Of a stretch of DNA of 64,000 nucleotides, positions 59,783-64,000 are shown one piece after another. Below the pieces are notes generated by a model that saw only the letters and a list, made by a program, of their open reading frames with translations, was not told the origin of the DNA and made no database searches. Positions within the stretch are counted from its first letter, which is position 1. Every line of letters starts with the position of its first letter. Both the position numbers and the translations under genes were made by a program. Source of the DNA: Chloroflexota bacterium (GTDB lineage: Bacteria; Chloroflexota; Dehalococcoidia; Lucifugimonadales; JADFKI01); assembly GCA_027623195.1 (NCBI GenBank), contig JAQBUT010000004.1:1-64000 (forward strand). The letters are read 5' to 3'.

Positions 59783-61381
59783 ATACCAGAAATCGTTGTC
59801 GCCTTCGGCCTCATCGCCACCGTACTAATCATCAAAGCCTTGGCCTCGGGGCTGGTAGAACGCTCCATACTTTCGTTCCCCTTCCTATTCATAGCGTTAG
59901 GCTTTGTACTTGGAGAGCGAGGCGTCGGCCTGCTGAATCTGGGACCGCACAGCGCCATCCTCGAGATCGTTGCCACACTAACGCTGGCCCTGGTGTTATT
60001 CCTAGACGCCGTAAAACTGCAGGTCAAGGAACTGGGCAAACGTTGGCTCATTCCTTTTCTGATTCTGGTGCCAGGCACAGCGCTCATCATAATACTGGGG
60101 GCTCTGCCTCTGGCCTTGATTTTGGGTTTTGGCTGGGTCATGGCTTTCATAGGCGGCGCGCTTCTTGCCTCCACGGATCCTGTCGTATTACGCGATATCC
60201 TCCGCGACAACCGTATACCGAGGCCTGTGCGGCAAATCCTCAAGTTAGAAGGCGGCACGAACGACCTGGTGGTCTTGCCCGTCGTGCTGATTCTTATAGC
60301 GATAACCACCGCGCAAGCAGGAGGCCCGGAACAGTGGGCGCCATTTCTGATCCAACTGCTGATTCTAGGCCCGCTGATGGGAGCAGTCGTAGGCGTCGTA
60401 GGCGCATGGTGCATGTCCCGGGTGGACGAGAAGATGGGCATTCGGCTGGAGCATCAGGCGCTGTTTGGGATTGGCCTCGTGCTGGCTGCGTACGCGTCGG
60501 CAACCATAGTTGGCGGTGATGGCTTCCTGGGAGCATTCTTCGCGGGCATAGCCGTCGTAATGCTTAACCAGAAGCTTTGCACCTGCTTCCTGGACTACGG
60601 CGAGGTCACATCCGAAATGATGATGATGTTGGCCTTCGTCCTGTTCGGCGCTGTCCTGTCTGGCATCATCGACACAGTCCCGCTGGTACCGGCCCTAATC
60701 CTGGCTGCACTGGTAATCTTCGTGATTCGACCGTCCGTCATTAACCTTGTTCTGGTCAAGGCTAATATAAGCTGGGAGGCACGCGCCTTCATTAGCTGGT
60801 TCGGCCCAAGAGGGCTAAATTCGCTGCTGCTTGCTTTGCTCGTGGTCCAGGCGGCGGTGCCCGGCGCTGAACTGCTGCTGGCAACCGTTGGCATCGTGGC
60901 TCTGGCATCAGTGGTGATACACGGAGCATCCGCTTCACCTATAACGGCATGGTACGGCCGTAAAGCGTCAGAGGAAACGCTGGCGGAGGAGCGCCAGAGC
61001 ACGGTCGTGGGACTGTTCAGACCGGAAGAGCCAGAGCTGATCCGCATTACGCCGGACGAGCTTAACGAGATGATTTCCGGCGAGGACTCTCCTGTGATAT
61101 TGGACGTGCGCTCTAGATCGACCTTCGAGCACGATGACGCAGAGATTCCTAGAAGCGTGCGAGTCCTGCCTGATCAAGTCCTCGAATGGGCCAGCGATGA
61201 GTCGAATCGGGGCCTCGCTGACAGGCTGGTGGTCGCGTACTGCACTTGACCGGATGAGGCGACTAGCGCCCGTGTGGCGCGACATCTCATTTCCGAAGGA
61301 ATAAAGGCGGTCGCACTGGAGGGTGGATTCAACGCTTGGCGGGCCAAGTACCCGGTGAGCCCATTGACTGCAGTGGCCTAG
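59783..61381 (+). CDS. Cation:proton antiporter (CPA1/NhaP-like) fused to a C-terminal rhodanese domain; probable selenoprotein (Sec at TGA 61247-61249)
   Basis: ASTDPV, EGG.ND and WFGPRG antiporter motifs; ILDVR...VVAYCT-TGA-PDEATSARVA..L...G......LEGGFNAW continues in frame to TAG 61379. TM1 starts at ATA 59783 after GAAGGA. Confidence 0.85.
61250..61295 (+). promoter_or_regulatory. Candidate bacterial SECIS element
   Basis: GCGCC-CGTGT-GGCGC apical hairpin with the loop 21 nt after UGA; lower stem ATGAG/CTCAT and CGGA/TCCG. Confidence 0.65.
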
Positions 61382-61488
61382 CCAATTTCCGTCCGATTCC
61401 CTCTACACACACACCATGTTCCTACCTGACGCAAACTGGCATATGGGTGTAGAATTAGGTATGCGATACGCCCCCGGAGGCCACCCAA

Positions 61489-63462
61489 CTGCCTGAATTC
61501 GAGATAGTCTCAGACTTTGTTCCCACTGGAGACCAGCCCGAAGCCATCAACAGGACAGTCGAGGGCATCAACAAGGGAATGACACATCAGACGTTGTTGG
61601 GTGTAACCGGCAGCGGCAAGACGTTTACCATGGCCTGCATCGTTGAAAAGGTGCAGCGTCCGACTCTTGTCCTAGTCCACAACAAGACGCTGGCAGCCCA
61701 ACTAGCCACGGAGTTCAAGGAGTTCTTCCCGAACAACGCCGTTGAGTACTTCGTCAGCTACTACGACTACTACCAGCCAGAGGCGTACGTTCCTCGCAGC
61801 GATACCTATATCGAGAAGGACGCCGACGTTAACGAGGAGTTGGACAAGCTCCGCCACGCCGCAACACGCGGTCTTCTTACTCGACGCGACGTGCTTATAG
61901 TGGCCTCTGTCTCCTGCATCTTCGGCCTGGGATCGCCAGAGGAGTACCAGAGCTTCGTCGCCTACATACGCAAAGGTGAGCAGCGCAACCGCGGCCGCCT
62001 GATGCGCCAACTTGTAGACATGCAGTACGAGAGAAATGACATGGACTTCTCCAGGGGCAAGTTCCGCATACGCGGCGACACCATGGAGATCCTGCCCGCG
62101 TACGACGAAGTAGGCGTACGCATCGAGTTCTGGGGCGACCAGGTAGACCGCATCATGATGGTGGACCCCCTCACCGGAGAGGTGTTGGGCGAACGAGATG
62201 ATATAGAGATATACCCTGCTAAGCACTTCGTGACCTCCCAGGAGAAGATGGACCTGGCGATGGTGGACATCGAGGAGGAGCTGCAGGAGCGTGTAGCGCT
62301 GTTTAAGGAACAGGGCAAGCCGCTTGAGGCTGAACGGATCGAATCCCGCACTCGCTACGACATAGAGATGATGCGTGAAACAGGCTACTGCGGAGGAGTC
62401 GAGAACTACTCTCGCCACCTGGCACGACGCGAGGCGGGTAGCTCACCGTACACCCTGCTCGACTACTTCCCTGAAGACTACCTGCTGTTCGTCGATGAGT
62501 CCCACATGACACTGCCCCAGGTACGTGGGATGTTCTTTGGAGACAAATCTCGGAAAGAAACCCTGGTGGACTTCGGATTCCGTCTCCCTTCAGCGCTGGA
62601 CAACCGGCCGCTTAATTTCAGCGAGTTCGAGGAGCGAGTCAATCAGGCCGTATACGTCTCTGCGACGCCCGGCCCATACGAGTATGAGCACTCACAGGCA
62701 ATCATCCCGCAGGTTATTCGGCCAACTGGGCTGATCGATCCCCTGATAGAGGTGAAGCCCACCAAAGGCCAGATCGACGACCTGCTATACCAGATAAGAA
62801 TGCGCGTGGAAAAGGGCCAACGATGCCTGGTAACTACGCTGACGAAGCGTATGTCCGAAGAGTTGGCGGATTTCTTACGCGAGATGGGCGTCAAGGTCCA
62901 CTACCTGCACTCGGAAATCGACACACTGGAACGCAGCGAGATCCTCCGAGACCTGCGTCTGGGCGTATACGATGTCGTGGTTGGCATCAACCTGCTCCGG
63001 GAAGGCTTGGACCTGCCGGAAGTTAGCCTCGTCGCCATACTTGACGCAGATAAAGAGGGCTACCTCAGGTCGCAGACTGCTCTGACGCAGACGGTAGGAC
63101 GCGCAGCGCGACACGTCGAAGGCCACGTCATCATGTACGCAGACGTTGTCACCGGCTCGATGAAGCGCACTATCGACGAGACTGATCGGCGACGGACCAT
63201 ACAGGAGGCCCATAACCTCGAACACGGCATAACGCCGCAGGGCATTCAAAAAACAATCCACGACATAACCGAGCGTGTAAAGGCCATTGCTGAAACAAGG
63301 ACGCCATACATCACTCAGAGAGATCTGCCAAAGGACGATATCCTGCGGCTAATCAAGGACCTGGAATCCCAGATGAAGACGGCCGCCAGGAACCTGGAGT
63401 TCGAAAAAGCCTCACTGTTGAGGGACCAGATAATAGACCTTCGCAAGGTAGTCGTCGACTGA
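61489..63462 (+). CDS. uvrB: Excinuclease ABC subunit B
   Basis: [48 protein letters not shown] start 61489 with GGAGG RBS. Confidence 0.97.
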   Translation: MPEFEIVSDFVPTGDQPEAINRTVEGINKGMTHQTLLGVTGSGKTFTMACIVEKVQRPTLVLVHNKTLAAQLATEFKEFFPNNAVEYFVSYYDYYQPEAYVPRSDTYIEKDADVNEELDKLRHAATRGLLTRRDVLIVASVSCIFGLGSPEEYQSFVAYIRKGEQRNRGRLMRQLVDMQYERNDMDFSRGKFRIRGDTMEILPAYDEVGVRIEFWGDQVDRIMMVDPLTGEVLGERDDIEIYPAKHFVTSQEKMDLAMVDIEEELQERVALFKEQGKPLEAERIESRTRYDIEMMRETGYCGGVENYSRHLARREAGSSPYTLLDYFPEDYLLFVDESHMTLPQVRGMFFGDKSRKETLVDFGFRLPSALDNRPLNFSEFEERVNQAVYVSATPGPYEYEHSQAIIPQVIRPTGLIDPLIEVKPTKGQIDDLLYQIRMRVEKGQRCLVTTLTKRMSEELADFLREMGVKVHYLHSEIDTLERSEILRDLRLGVYDVVVGINLLREGLDLPEVSLVAILDADKEGYLRSQTALTQTVGRAARHVEGHVIMYADVVTGSMKRTIDETDRRRTIQEAHNLEHGITPQGIQKTIHDITERVKAIAETRTPYITQRDLPKDDILRLIKDLESQMKTAARNLEFEKASLLRDQIIDLRKVVVD

Positions 63463-63486
63463 GGGCGGCGCCTCAACGTACAGATA

Positions 63487-64000
63487 ATGATGATTACTAA
63501 CAGGCATGTGGAACGGAAGACGAGGTTGTTGAGGGCTTGGGCCACGAGCTTGGCGCTGCTATTTGTATTTGTTGCAACCGGCTGCGAAACCGCCACACTT
63601 ACAGGAAACGCCCTGTTGCCGGCAGGCATGAATGAAGCTGAGGTGCCTCAAGTTGAATCTCGAGGATATCTGTACTTCAACACAGGCTCCCCTGTCATTG
63701 TGTCCGGTGGACTCTTTAACGTTGGTCTACCAGTAAGCGAAATACCAGAGTCTATCTCCTTGGACAAAGCCACCCTTATATTGGGTTCCAACACTGAAAA
63801 CGTCGGAGCCTCTCTCCAATTCTCCTCTGAGAACGATAGTCAGGCAGCCTGGGACATTGTTTCGGCTACTCTAGCCTCTGAAAATATTTGGGGCCAGAGA
63901 CAGGATAACCAGCTGTTCTTGGCTACCGGCGATCAGTCATGGCGCGACGCCGTCACTGGCGCTTACGTTAGTCGGGAGCTGGAATCCGTGAAGACGGCAT
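63487..64000 (+). CDS. Putative lipoprotein (partial, runs off the window)
   Basis: Frame open to the window end; basic N-region, hydrophobic core, VATG-C lipobox-like motif. Confidence 0.65.
   Translation, partial: MMITNRHVERKTRLLRAWATSLALLFVFVATGCETATLTGNALLPAGMNEAEVPQVESRGYLYFNTGSPVIVSGGLFNVGLPVSEIPESISLDKATLILGSNTENVGASLQFSSENDSQAAWDIVSATLASENIWGQRQDNQLFLATGDQSWRDAVTGAYVSRELESVKTA

Noticed and set aside
61405..61425. LexA (GAAC-N4-GTTC) box upstream of uvrB
   Set aside because: Only the GTTC half-site matches.

Overview
Bacterial chromosomal window. Gene content and fusions (accD-accA, aroK-aroB, T-box-controlled ilv-leu operon, CaiB/crotonase/enolase-family paralogues, PxxGD sorting signal) suggest Chloroflexota, probably Dehalococcoidia/SAR202-like; this is inference. 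About 1-18.4 kb is an accessory island built around tRNA-Pro(CGG)-derived sites: a decayed tRNA, two 39-bp direct repeats and a tRNA 3' half beside a large serine recombinase. Its cargo is a beta-helix/FG-GAP surface protein, an MFS transporter, a methyltransferase-ATP-grasp fusion, an S9 peptidase, a DUF4157 effector-like protein and IS remnants. The rest is mostly housekeeping (ilvBNC-leuACD, accDA, ftsK, rnj, UDG, aroE-aroKB, tgt, thrC-like/NIL/MoaD, uvrB), interrupted by two AT-richer three-gene toxin-antitoxin-like modules. The strongest unannotated signal is a cation:proton antiporter-rhodanese fusion whose apparent TGA stop lies in the rhodanese active-site loop (YCT-U-PDE) and is followed by a SECIS-like hairpin: a probable selenoprotein next to a DedA gene. 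All calls come from motif recognition by eye; no database searches were run.
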